Shown here: in pieces, positions 47,376-60,917 of the stretch
How positions within the stretch are numbered: position 1 is the first letter of the stretch
Layout of the letters: each line of letters begins with the position of its first letter
Source of the DNA: Paraspadella gotoi
Taxonomy: Eukaryota > Animalia > Chaetognatha
Direction of reading: 5' to 3'
Length of the DNA: 64,000 nt
NCBI GenBank assembly: GCA_051294375.1
Contig: CM119263.1
Location: 29,034,079-29,098,078, forward strand
Program-made: the position numbers and the translations under genes
The notes under the pieces: model-generated
What the model was told of the DNA's origin: nothing
The model's database searches: none
Seen by the model: the letters and a program-made list of their open reading frames with translations, nothing else

Positions 47376-49248
47376 TTTTTTTAGATTCTCGTCAATCAAT
47401 TAATAATTCAATCAATTAATCAATCAGTTCCCAAGTTTTAAAGAGGAAAAATGATTCCAGCCTCCGACGTCGCATGATGACTTTTTATTCAGGTGAATTT
47501 TGTTTGTTTTTTTTAATTTTTTTTCACACTGTGTAATAAGAACAAGAACTACTTCGTTCAGAAATATGCAATAACACAAACTTCCCAATCAATACATATC
47601 ATGTACTCATTTCGTAACCTATACAACAAGCTGCTACGTATGAAAAAAAAAAATTAAAGGGCTACTACGTCTTACTAAAAAGGTGGTTGAAGTTTTCGCG
47701 TACATATAAATTTCATAAAAAGATTATGATGCAGAAAATGATAATACACTCGAGTTGCAAAAAAACATACGTAGTAGAAGTAACACCATGAACGTTATCT
47801 CGAAATTAAAAAAAGAATTCTCTCCATCGAGTTGAGAAAACTTTCCGCAGTACTCCAAAACAACAGTTAGCGTCCGGGGAGTAATTTGATTTATTTGATT
47901 CATCTAACAAAGCTTTTCACGAATTAGGTTTTTAGAGTGTACTTAAAACAAATCGAAAAAGAAGAAATATGTGCAGACTGATGCAAATTATGACTAGATT
48001 TTTAAATATATAAACTTAGGCCGATTTTCCCCTTCTTTCCATAAAAGCAACGGCATTTGTCTCAAAACGTATAAGGAACACAAAAAAAAGTAGCGAGTTG
48101 CTTGGACACAAAGGGATGTTTTTTTGAAACAATGGAATGGAAAAAAAAACACCGAGGAGACTAAGCGAAAAAAAAAGGAGACGCGTACCAACATATTTTG
48201 TATTGAAAAAAGGGGAAACAATTGAACCGTTTTTAAAAATTAATTCCCCCCCCTAAAAAAAGAAACAAAGCTTTAAAATTGAAAAAATCTTAATAAAAAT
48301 GGTTTTGTCACAACAAAGGAAGGGGGCAAGAAGCGGGCAAACCGGCCAATCTGCCATTCCAGGTGAGCAAGAGGGGAGGAGATAGGGGGAGGGGAGGAGA
48401 TAGGGGTAGGGGAGAGAGGAGGGGGGGAGAGGGGTAGGGGAGAGAGGAGGGATGGGGATTGAAACTTCCGATGTCTGACAAGATTCGACGTTTAGCGATC
48501 GACCTCCTTGGGAATCGATATCAGTCGCCACTTCTCTCCAATTCGAAGAAAAAATCCAAATCGCTCATTTTCTCGAAAAGATGAGGGAACTTGAGCCGTA
48601 ATATTATGATTATTTTGTTATTGATTAATATTATTATTCAAGTATTATTTCGCGATTCCGTTCGTATTCCCTCGTCCGCTCGCTGATGGTCGGGCGGGCG
48701 GGGTAGGGTACCGTCATAATAATAAAAAAAAAAAAAAAAAACCTGGCACACTCAGCTTTTGAGATCACGGCACTTCGCTAGGAAACGGAACGAAAGGCGA
48801 ACCATGGGGGCGGCCTTCCGCAATCACTATCGTCATCATCATCTTTCTCTCTCTGTCAAAAATAAATTAGCCATTAAAATAAGTCTAGTGGTATCCGCGT
48901 GTAGTTGAGGTTTTTTTTTAAAAAAAAAACTTTTGCAGAAGTTATACAACGAATATATTTTTTTGCAAAAAAAAAAAAAAAAATTCACAGAGGGGAGAAA
49001 TATTTTGGAATGGAGGGGTTTAGAGGGGGGGGGGAAATTCAAAGGAGAGAGGGGAGCAGGACACATCAAATTAAAATAAAAATCACAATAGTTTGTGCGC
49101 GCCGAAGAGAAGTTCCGAGTCTCGTGAATGTGACACGCCCCCTCTTTCCCCTCTCCCCCCCATTTTTTCGAAAAGATCGATTTTGTTCCCCGCCAACTCG
49201 TTCCTCCTCTTTCCCGCCAAAGAGGGAGGTTGGAGGTGGGCGCGCCTC

Positions 49249-52200
49249 TCAATTCCGCTGGACGCTCCCTCCAGCGTAAGAGTAGGAGGAAGGAAGGACT
49301 CCCGGTCCGGCGGAGGAAGATCTCGACGCCGCAGCGCCGCTCCCACCGCGTCCGCCTTCCAAACCGAGTCCGGCGTCGCCCGCCGCCACTCCGCCGCCCC
49401 CTTGATTTCCTCCACCGCCGCTGGTGTTGCTTCGTCCGCCGCCGCCGCCTTTCGATCCGCCGCTGCCACCACCGCCGCCGCCGCCGCCGCCGGTGACCCC
49501 GGTTCCGGTTCCGCTGTCGAAGGGAACGTTGAGGAAATCCCAAATGAGGATGGTGTCGTCGTGAGAGGAAGAGACGATTTGAAATTCGTCAAATTGAAGG
49601 CGGAAGACGCGACCCGAATGTTCCTAATGAAAAGTAGCAAAACATTTCACGGATTAAATTATACAATCACAGTCAGAATCGAGAGAAAGAACACTTACGA
49701 CGAGAGTTCTGAGACAGAGAGTCCCGGCGGGTGATCGAGGGTCCAGCGCCGCTCGAAGATCCCAGACTTTGATCTTTCCGTCGTAGGCGCCGCTGACGAT
49801 GCGTTTGTTGTCGAACCGGATGCAACGGACCAACTCTTCGTGGCCCTCCAAGACTCTGTCAAAAAGGGTTTAAAAATTCAGTCACTAATAATCTAAAAAC
49901 AAAAGACCCCAACAGGCTTTGCATTACCTCAAACAGGCGCCTGATTCTATGTCCCAGAGCCTGATGGTGTTGTCCGAAGATCCGGAGACGACGAGGCGGT
50001 CGCGGTATTGAAGGCAAGCGATGCCGCGACGATGACCGTTCAAAGTCCGGACGAACTCGCACGTCGACGTCGACCAGACCTGAGAAGGAGGAAGAGCGTC
50101 CGCTGTATGCCGTACGGGCCCAAAGAATGATCGTCCGCGCAAAAAAAAAACCTTGATGGTCCGATCGCCGGAGGCGGAGACTATGTATTTCTCGTCAAAG
50201 TCGACGACGTTGACCGCCGCCCTGTGGCCGACGAGCACTCGGCGCAAGTTGATGTCCTGCGATTTGAAAGACGATTAAATTTTGAAAAAGTTGAAAAATT
50301 TAGGGAAGCGAAGGGTCTTTAGTCTTTACCTGTGACGAATGCATATCCCAAACGGCAATACTTCGGTCTTTGGAACACGTCACCATCATTCCTGGAGAAA
50401 GAAAAGTCAAGACTTTGTATTGCTTAAAAAAGGGAAAGAGGATCAGAGGAGGAAAAGAGAGAAGTGGACAGCTAATAAAGTTGAGTCTCGGCCATGGGAA
50501 AGCATATATAAAGAGACAAGAAAGATAAGGGCAATCTGATGATCACCGTTGCAGAATCGAAGGTGAAGGACGGCCTCGCAGTGGTGGATGAGAGTGTTGA
50601 CCATTTCCCCCGTGGACGCGTTCCAAACTCGAACCGTCGAGTCGGAGGAGCCGGAGATGATGTTGTTCTCGTCGTACTGGAGACAGAGGACGGATCCGGT
50701 GTGACCCGTCAACACCTGGACACACTCCAGATTGTTTCGGTCCCATATCTAGGGAGGGTGGTGGAAATAGTTAGTTAGCAAATAGGTTGATGGAGACAAT
50801 TCTTTGTGGAAGATCATCTAAGAGACTTATTGATCGCCGATGCATATTGTTCATTTATTGCTCGTTTATTGTTCCTTTATTCGATTAATATCTTTGTTCC
50901 CTATTACAGCCTTGTGAGCATCGTGTTATACATATATTGAATAAGAAAGTACGTGATCGAGTGCGAGTTCTAATCTGGTTGGCGTCCCCGTTCTCTTGTG
51001 TATTCATATTCACAGATCCTATACTGTGGGCAACCTTGTGGTCGACCGTGCCGCCGTGTGGTTAACTGACATTGTGGTTCATACGTTAGAGGGTCTCGTG
51101 CTTCTCAAGCTCGGCCGGCGCCCGCCGGCATCGCCCACGAAAATCACCCTCTAACAAGGTAAGTTAACTTTTTATTAATTCCCCAATGGAAAACGCTTCC
51201 TCACTTTAATCGTGTTGTCCCGAAGACCGGAGACGATTTTCTGGTCGTCGTATTGAAGGCAATAAACTCCTTTGCTGTTTTCGCTCCTGCAATGAATCCG
51301 TTGCAGATTGTGCCTACCCACGCGCCAATTGTTCTCGATCGTTTCTATGTCGTTGATGATTTTGGGATAGAGGTCGCGGTAGTACTGGTGAGTGGGAGGG
51401 GGTTGGTCCACCGGCTTGTTCTTGAACAAACATTGGCCCCTAAATTGTGGAAAGGGGATGGATGGGGAGACGGGGGTGATTGAGGTTTAAAACGCATCAT
51501 AAAGTAGAGTAGAACTTTGAGTGGACTGACTGACTGACTGACCAGCCTCTCCTCTCCGAAAGCCCTTTCCACAAGGGGTCCGTGAGCACCATCCGCTCGA
51601 TGAGCTTCTTCCACAGCATCCCTTCGGAGATGACGCGGTGCCACTCCTTGCAGACGAGCTCGGCCGAGCAGAGCGCTCGCGCGTCGAGGAAAGACAGGAT
51701 GTGTTCGGCAACGTGATCGAGACCTTTGGCTGATCGCGGAGAGCGTGAAGCGGGGAATTTAAGCAAATTAATACCACAATACATTGTGATAGCTAAATAA
51801 AAGACAAAGAACCTGGAAGCGCGGAGATGAAATCCCGCTGGAGCATGGGTTTGAGATACTGATTGATGTGGCCGTGCTGATAGTGGCACATGCGCGAGAG
51901 CAGCTGCTCCACAAAGTCTATCTGCTCGTTCTCTGTCCAGAGTTCGAAGTAGTCGAGACATTGGGTCTTCTCGTCCGTGTAGTGAGCCGTGGAGCCGTAC
52001 GTCCGCGACGAGGAGGAGACGCGCCCCACGGGTTCCGGTTCCGTCTGGTAGCGGGTGGGAAGATTAGGAAAACGAGCGGTTATCAGACGCTAAGTTTTAA
52101 TTAAAGGGGAATAATTTTTCAGATAAAGAAGCAAAGTGACTTTAAGTCGGCACAATGGCTACAACTGCCTACTAATTCTTTCAAATCAATATCCCTCAAG

Positions 52201-52455
52201 ATTTTCGATAGCATATTAAACCTCAGCGTAATCATATTTTAACTACAAGTCAAACCGCGAGTTAATAACAACTACAGTAACCATGGCGACTACGACCAAA
52301 ACAAGAAAATAAACATCACTGAAAATAAGTCCGTTTTAGTTCCATATACACTGATATGATTCTGGGCCTCAAATGAAACCCTGCTCCTCCCGTTTCCTCA
52401 CCATTTCAAAGTCTTGTCGCTTATCCTCCACTTCGTCCGTCATTGTGATATCCAT
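49249..52455 (-). CDS. BTRC: beta-TrCP / slimb F-box WD40 protein, multi-exon
   Basis: D domain ([33 protein letters not shown]), F-box ([28 protein letters not shown]), WD40 repeats ([27 protein letters not shown] ... [31 protein letters not shown]), then a Gly-rich tail to TGA 49249. Start codon uncertain. Confidence 0.96.
50788..51156. mobile_element. Probable solo LTR in a beta-TrCP intron
   Basis: AGGT|TGATGGAG ... CTCTAACA|AGGT: TG..CA ends, a short imperfect terminal inverted repeat and a 4-bp TSD; 369 bp. Confidence 0.55.
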
Positions 52456-54026
52456 GGTGTCTTCTTCTTCTTCTTTAAAATGCCCATTCAATAAATTATC
52501 AACGGATCAAACGCACCGAGGAATCTTTCTCTTTAATTTTTTTTTTTTCGCCAGAAGCCAAAATTATACCTAATTGTACTACAACCGTTCGTGCGGAGGA
52601 AAAAATAAAGCGTAGAAAATTCTCGACGTAGGAACTTTCGTCTTTAAAATGGAAGAACTCATGAAACCGGAAATGGGCGTGACCGAATGGCGTGACGTCG
52701 GAGGATTTTAGTGAGCGCGTCTCAATTTGAACGGGATCAACGCCATTTCGTTTCTTAGCCTTTTGTCCAAAAACTGAAAGAAAGAAAAATCGCTCTGCGG
52801 TTCGAAGTTGAACAAAAGGAGAAAGAAAGAATATAGAGGAAGGTTTCTAAATAATAACTATTGCAAAAGGAGGACGCGCAAACGGACTAATAAAGTTCAA
52901 GACGAGGAACAGAGCTCAAAAATAAGAGTTTGGTAGCAAAATATTTTAAACTTTTCGCCAAATCTAACTTTTGGCGATTATCATCATTAAGCAAACATTT
53001 AAAATAGGTCCAAATAAAAAAAAAACCGTAAGAAAAAACGTAAAAATAGCAGATAGTAGTTATTTCTATTATGAAACACTCGATTTACATTTTCCTTTTT
53101 TTTGGCATACAGTTATGATAGGATCCAGTTTTCCCTCGTTCGTGAAAGGCCGAGTACAAAACGAAATTGTTGAGAAAACTAATCAAACAATACTTAAACT
53201 GGGTTAACTAAATAAGTTTTATAACATAACGGGAAAAAAATCTAAATTTGTTAAAATTTTTTTTTAATTCCATAATTAAATTTTTATTTCCATAATAAAC
53301 CATAATGAAAAGTATGGAGAACTGCTCGATTTCTTGATTAATAACTAGTGTTTCACTAAACTAAGTATACATAGCTTTTAAAGAAAAAAAATCTGTAAAA
53401 CCTCAACAAAAAAATGAACGGACATGTTTCGACTAAGTAGACTATCAACATGTCCGTTTATTTCTAATAAACTTTGCCCTTGTTACAACCAAAACTAACG
53501 TTTTTTTACTCTTAATTTTAACGCAACGAAAAGAAAGTCCTTTACATAATATTTTAATAAGAAATATTTATAGGAATTCTTTCTTTATTTGAAAAACAGG
53601 ATAAACTGAGCATAGTTATTTCGAATTGAACAAACCTAACGACTTGCTAGTATACGTAAACTAAAACTAGCATTTAATAATTCTTATAGTTATATAACTT
53701 GTCAGCATTAAAATGATATTAAAACCCTGACTTAGAAAATTAAAATTAACATCTTGATTGAATGAAGTGCATTTGAAATTTTCAAGCTCAGCATTTTTCG
53801 GTTCAGTAGGAGTCATGTCAGTCACCCAAAAACTAGCTATACGGGCTCTTTCTTGGAATCAATCAGTCATGCTCGTAAACTAATCTAAATAAATCATACG
53901 AACTAAACAAAAATGTTCATGTTTCATGAATTATAAATTAAACAGGAGCAACCAATGCCCAAGTTGATATCATCAAAGGAGATCCACGAGCAAGAGGATC
54001 GAGTTGTTGAGGCAAAAGTGAATCCG

Positions 54027-57000
54027 TCAATCAAGCCTTTTCAAGTAAACTTGTATACGTTTTTCCCCAAAGACGCACCTGTTAAGAATAAAATAGAAAA
54101 AATAATACTCTGTAATAGTACGAATACGTTAATAAATAAATAAGAATACGAAAGAGTGAATTGAAAGTAGACAAGTTTCTAAAAAACATTTTTTTTTCTC
54201 ACCCGTCAAAATCTCGGGCGAATGTGTAGGCGTCTTCATGAAGTTTGAATTTGACCAAAGCTCGATTTTCGCTTCTTCGGTATTGCACCGACTGTTTAAA
54301 AAATAAACAATTTTTAAACACGAATTGTATCTAAGAACAAAACTTACATAAATGAGAGACAGTCATATGAAGTCAAGTAGCACGAAAATCGCGACTCCTA
54401 CTATATCAACAAATTCTGGGGCGGCCAATTACATTTAACGCCCGAAAATCGAGTTTGAATGAAAATCCCGGCGAGCTGTCATAGATTGTGGGATCTTTTG
54501 TCTTATCATACGAAACTAAAAAACTGAAGGTTTTCCAGTTTCAGTCTATTTGTGTTTGATTAAGGCGAATTTAACGCGGACTCTAAAACTAAAATACGAA
54601 AATAAAAGCTTTTGTTTTTTTTTTCTCAGCTAAAACTTGCAATGTTTTTAGTCATTAAACTTTTGTTATGATTAAATACCCACTCCCGGTTTACAATGAC
54701 TCGTAAATAGTATTTTTCTACGAGAATGTGAGTGTGAAAGCGGGGAAACCGAATAAAACAAAAAATTTCGAATTCAAGCTCAAATTTTGACCTTTGATAT
54801 GACGATAACAGACACGAAAATTAAATTTACCCAATTACGCTAACTGGAAGACAAAAAGCAACGAAAAACTCCCGTTTTTTTTTCCGAATTCTTTGTCACA
54901 AAAATAACCGATTTTTCCTCTCAATTGAAAAAGGGGAAATTGATAAAAGGAAAGAAAGATAAGAAAGAAGACTTGATAAGAAACGAAGAAAAATTCAAAT
55001 CCGCCAGCCACTTTTGCTTGATCGAGGTTCAAATCCTCATTGTCTTGCGCTCCGAACAAAAAATTATTCCTACATGCATGGATCGAATTTTAAACTTGAC
55101 AAATATTAAAAATCAAAATAAAAGTAAAAGACTAAAGTAAAAATGAATGGAGGTACGTGATCAATTCAGTAGGAAGCTTTTAATCAACTTATCTCACACG
55201 TGTCTCTTGATTCACAGCATTGGGAGTCTGGATCTTATGCGGGATTCTACTGCTCGTCATAATATTCCTCGGATTTTATTATGTCTTCAGAAAAAAGTAA
55301 ATTTTGGGGTTACTCATTGGTGAAGAAAATCTTCTGAGTATTGTAACAATTACAATACAAGCAACTTATTTTGAAATTTCGTCAACAGTTTCATAAGTTA
55401 ATGAAAAATTATTTTCAATTTTGCGAAGAGCTTAATCTTGTCATGAAATCTATTTCATTAACTTTAAGAAGTCCAAAATATTTCACCAAAACATAATTTA
55501 ACTAATTAACGATGTCGTATTATATCTGTTCCCAATAAATCTCAACGAAGAACAAACAAGAACAATTACTAATTAATAATTACGCAGGCAAACTGAACAA
55601 TGGAAGAAGCAAAGCCGGGGAGAACTCATTACCAAACCAAAAGGGAATTCCCCCACCAAATTCCAAGGTGATTAACATCTCGACTTGGAAGAGATTCTTC
55701 CCATATAACACCCCTAACGCCTACACTAACGCCCTTACGCCCTACAGCCTCACTCAATTCATTTCCTCAGGAATCCGCGCGACATTCTCCCACGGGTCAC
55801 TGCACCTTCCATCCGCCAAACGAACGTCTCTCGTCGAAGACCCGGTGGGGGTCACGACGCCGCCTGCCCTCAAGGAGGCGCGACGTCAGATGACTGAAGA
55901 CGTGGAGACTCAGCAAAACGAGATTAACGACATCAAAGTCGACATCAGGTTTAACGAGGCTCGATTCATTTATCAATACACGATTTTAAATAGAATTTGA
56001 TAATAGTAGCAGTAAATGAGCCAATCAATTCTTTTCGAATTAACAAACCAGTTCCGTCGCCTACTCGAAATACAAACAATTAGTTTACGAAGAGAACGGA
56101 TTCGTCAATATCAGCCTTGACGATCGCGACGACGAGAGCGGATGCGTAACCGCGACTCCGTCCACGCCCGGGAGCGTCGCTAGTGGAAACGGTAGCCACG
56201 CCCACCAAAGTCAACAGAAAACGCGAAAACACAGCGAGACGGAAATCTGACGAAAGACAAGCCTTTCCCCGTCAACTCGATTCGCAAATTTTTTTTCGCC
56301 AGCAAAACTTCAAATGTTCCTTTACTTCAGGTTTCATAGGCAAAGATGAATTTAAATTTTTGATTGCAATTGCTTGATTCCAATGTTGATCATTGTCCCA
56401 AAATTTCGCTCAATATATTTATTAGTAGTATTTATTTTAACGATTTTTTAGAAATTGCATTTACTCATAAATCGAAAGAGCTCAGGCGAAACTGGGTCCT
56501 GAATCAAATCGATTGCTCACAGCTATATAGAAAATAAGTAATGAGAAAAATTAAAAATTCATTATTCATATGAGAGCAAATAACAGCGACCCATTTATGA
56601 TAAAGTCCGTCTTTTTTCTGTATCGTTAAGTTATTCAGTTTTATTTAATTCTACGACTTAGATAAAAATCATCCGTCAACTAATAATGTAGTACTACTCT
56701 AAAGCTCGATACTTTTTCCCGCCTCTGATTAAGGTGAACCAAAATTCACTGCTCTGATATAATTCTTGTAAAAAAATCGTAAAAGCACTGCTGTCGAATA
56801 GACCCGCATCGAAAAACCAATGAAGACCGCCTTATTGGTGCCAAGACTAGGGACCAACTCCAGAGATAATATACAATTTCGACTATTAGCAAAGTACTTT
56901 TAGTTGTCTTGACTAAATATTTAAACAATCATTTTCAAAAAAAATTTATATTATACGTCTTGATTAATACATTAAATATTACTTGTCTTTTTTAATATTA

Positions 57001-60000
57001 TAAAATTTTTTTTTAGAAATCTTAAAATTTTTTGATGGATTCTGATAGAGCATTAAAAGTTAAATAAGAAATATAATTACAGCTTTTAAAAATTCTTACG
57101 TTTTCTATGTGAAAAAATAAAAAAACTGATAAAATCATCGAAAGATGACGATGATGATGATTTTTACGGTTTTTCTTATTTTTGACTCACTTATCATGAA
57201 AATATTTAAAAAAGAATTATACTTTGTGTAGACAACTTTTTATGAGTTATCTGAATCTGGTCTTAAAATTTAAAAATTATCAAAAAAAATTTTGGCCTTT
57301 CCTATTTATAAATAAATATTAAAAAAATAATTTTTTGGGTATAGAGCCACATAAGAAATGTTTTGTCCATTGAAAGTATACTTAAAAATGTATAAATTTT
57401 CGTTTGAGCATATAATCATTCTAATTTTTGATTCACTCCATTGAGTGGGGTTACCCCTACCAAGACGCAAAAGATGTGGTCATGTTTTCACGCTAACGGC
57501 GGTCAATACTCCACTTTTTTAACCTTCCATCCCTCCACTACCTCTTCCCAGCCCCCGCCTTCCACTCGATCCCATCACTTACGAAAATTGGTCCGACACG
57601 GCTGCACAAATATCTGATCTCCTTCTCGGTTATCGACTTCGAGTTGGGAAGGTCGTCGAGAATGACGAAGCGGCTCTCGATCTTAGGCGCTGCGGCGGCG
57701 GACTCGTCTTCGGCAGGAGGATGCTGCAGCTGCTGAAATCTTTGGGAGAGAGGGACCTTGGAGATCGAAGAGAAGGGAGGATCCTCGTTGGGGTTGGGGA
57801 CTGGCTGGAAGTAAAAAAAGAAATCTCTTGGAATATCTAGTGGCATTCGTTGCGTTCGGTGGCTTAGATGAACAATTCTTTACCTCGTCTTGAGATTGTA
57901 ACTTTGAGCTGGCCGTTTTCTGCACGGAGGGCGTTATCACCGTTCGACGTCTGAAATTGGTGGTTTTCATTTTCAAAATTCTTCAAAATCGCGATACATT
58001 TACTCAAATTACTCAAATTACTCAAATTACCGAAAGGACTCGGAGGCGGGCGGGAGAACGGGTTCGCGGGAATAAACCGGTGCTGCAACGGGCACTCGCG
58101 CCGGTGCGGAAACGGGCGCGCGCGCAGTTGGAGGGGGCGTGTTTGGATTGTCGGACTTCATCCCCAAAGATTTGAGTTCTATCTCGCTCAACCGAAAGTA
58201 TTTCTTGACGAGACGCTCTTCTCCTTCCGGATTTTTCTTCTTGATCAAACGAGCTTGAAGCTTCATTCCGTCGGCAGTCGTGATAATCCCCGTTTCTTTA
58301 TCTGTCGCGACGATTCACGTGTTTTTTTTTTAATTACATGCACTTTTAAACAGCAACACGATTTGGTAATATTTAAAAAAAATATTTAGAAATTAATGCT
58401 TTGTTTTACCCATATGAATTATCCTCAATCTCTTTTTGGAATTGTCCGGTTTGGGCGGCGTCTGCTTCTTAGGCGATTCTATCGAGGGGAGTTGAATTTC
58501 AGGAAGGGAGGGCCTCGGCAACGACGGTGCTGAAAAAAGATATTAATTACGCAAAAATTAAATACATAGGAATGAAGTTGAGACTTTACTTAAATTATTA
58601 CGAAATTAGTACGTATATTGGTACAAAAGGAGATTTACCTTCGGATTTTAATAAAGACGGGATTTCAGGTCGATTCTGACCCGGAACCTCTGCGAAAATA
58701 AGTCAAAAAATAAATTTTAGTCATTAGAGAGCTTTGCGAAAAATAGCGAATAATCACTTGAGTGACGTTATTTTATCGCGTCACCAACAGCGGCACTCCC
58801 TTCGACTCGTATTCATTCAACGGTATTCACCTGACATCCTGGAGTCAATGGTCTGTTTCCCGACAAGATCGTTGCATTTGTCTTCCTGAGGATTGACCAT
58901 GAGCGGATTCAAATTTCTTCGTTTGAAGATCACGGGTCTTTTCGAGCCAGTCTCCGACGAAGTCTCTGGTGCGGTCTCCACCGCCACCACCGCCGGATAT
59001 GGCGCAACGTTGGCCGAACTCGCCGGCGGTCTTAGCAGTTCCTCCCTAGACACGACTGGCCGTACACGCGGTGACCCGGCGGGCTTTGGCTCTGCCGATT
59101 CACTCGTGGCATGATCTGCGCGAATCCGCGGATCACGCACTGTCGGCGGCGCCTTTGAGTTGACGATGGTTAGACGACGTCTCGCGTCCTCCGACGAGGC
59201 GGTCGAGTCTCCCTCGGTTGACATCGTCGGAGGCAAAACGGCGACACGCTTGAGTTTCGTTCGGGACTCCTCCGAGGGCTCGAGGTTTCTCTTGGAGGCT
59301 GTAGTGAGGCCCGGCGCGTCGAGGGCGTTGGCCGCCGCGGTCGGGGGAGAATCTCTGGCTAAACCAAGGGAAAGTCGCCGACTCGATCGCGCCGCTTCCC
59401 TTCGCGCCATCTCCGCTTCTTTCTCCTTCGCCGCCCGCTGTCGATTCTCTTCTTTCCGCCGCAGCACCTCCTGCCGTTTCCGCTTCTGCTCCTCCAGCTT
59501 CCGCTGATACTCTGCTTCTTCGGGAGTCAACGCTTTGGGCGGATCCGGTTTGGGAGGCTGTTCCCGAGGAGGCGACCTGAAACATGAAAATGTCATAATA
59601 ATCGGTATTCGACTGGAATTATTTTGAACTTAATGATACGATTTAAGATAATTTTAAACATTGTTCACTTTAAAACGACATTTGCGACCCGCGGGAGAAT
59701 TGCCGACGATGTCGCGGTCCGTTTGTTTTTGTTACAACACGAGGTTCCCCTCATTGCAATTTAACGAATTACTTCCAAATAAATTACTTTACTCTCATCC
59801 TCTTTACCGTCTCCTTGGTGATCGACTGCGGGACCTCCGCCGCGGGGGCGGGGGAGAGATAGTGCGGGAACGCCTTCCATCGCCGCGCCATCGGGCGTCG
59901 TCGTGATGACGTCGCGGCGGGGATCGACGATCGCGCGACGCCGGTTGCCATGGCAACGCCGCGGGAAACGGAGGCTGACGAAACGCGTTGTTTTGGGGTA

Positions 60001-60874
60001 TCATTGACGGCTGGAAAAATAACGTTTTTACATTTCAATTTAAATTGCACTAGTTTCAAATCAAGACTCTCAAATTAACCTGAAACATGGGCGGACGATA
60101 CTGCGCATTGTAAAAAGGCGGGAAAGGGTTTTGTCCCGGGAGTAAGCGATTGCCCATTGTCATCGCCGCGTTGAATGGGCGAGGAAGACCCATGAGCCCG
60201 GAAAGAGCCAAGTTGATCGGCGACGTTCCAGGCGGAGGAGGACAATTCATCCCTGATCGAAAGTTTTATGGAAAAAGCTGTCGACTCGCTCTCACTTACG
60301 TAGCAACGGAATGACGAATGACAATGACAATGACGAATGACAATGCTGTACCTGACGGACCGAATGGCCGGGAGTTGGGCGGAAATCCCAAGGGCATCGG
60401 CAGTTGTCCGTGCGAAGGTGGTCCGTGCGAAGCCTGACCCGGATGACCCATCGAAGATCGCTGATTGGCCGCCATGAAGCGAGGATTGACGTGGATTTTG
60501 TTGGACGGCGCCGGTTTCGACGTGATGTTGAGAAACTGAAAAAAGGCGGAGATGAAATTATCAAAATAAAACGATATGGTAAAGGAAAATCCAACCAACC
60601 TGATCGAGCGGATGAACTCGACCGGAAGACGGTCTCCTCCGCGGCGGCGAACGATTCCATCCCTCGCGTCGACGTCTGTCATCAGGAACGCGTCTTTCGT
60701 CTGAGTCGGGACAGAGTCAATCATTAGATATCCCAAGTCTATTCATTGAGTTACGTAAATATAATTATATTGATTTATTTAGGTTGCCTATCAGTACAGT
60801 AATTACCAATATCAACCATTTAAGACTCGACAAAAAGACAAAAAGTAAAGAAGCGGGAGATAAGAAATATTAAC

Positions 60875-60917
<43 letters not shown>

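Noticed and set aside
47616-47641. let-7-like sequence on the minus strand (tacgtagcagcttgttgtataggtt)
   Set aside because: The seed does not match let-7 and no precursor hairpin is evident.
13238-52455. Functional cluster of ubiquitin-system genes (RING-H2, KLHL20, beta-TrCP, with UBAP1 nearby)
   Set aside because: These gene classes are very common and are interleaved with unrelated genes; the sequence gives no evidence of co-regulation.
53417-53459. Third hammerhead-like motif (gtcgaaacatgtc on the minus strand)
   Set aside because: Lacks the CUGANGA core; only a short hairpin remains.
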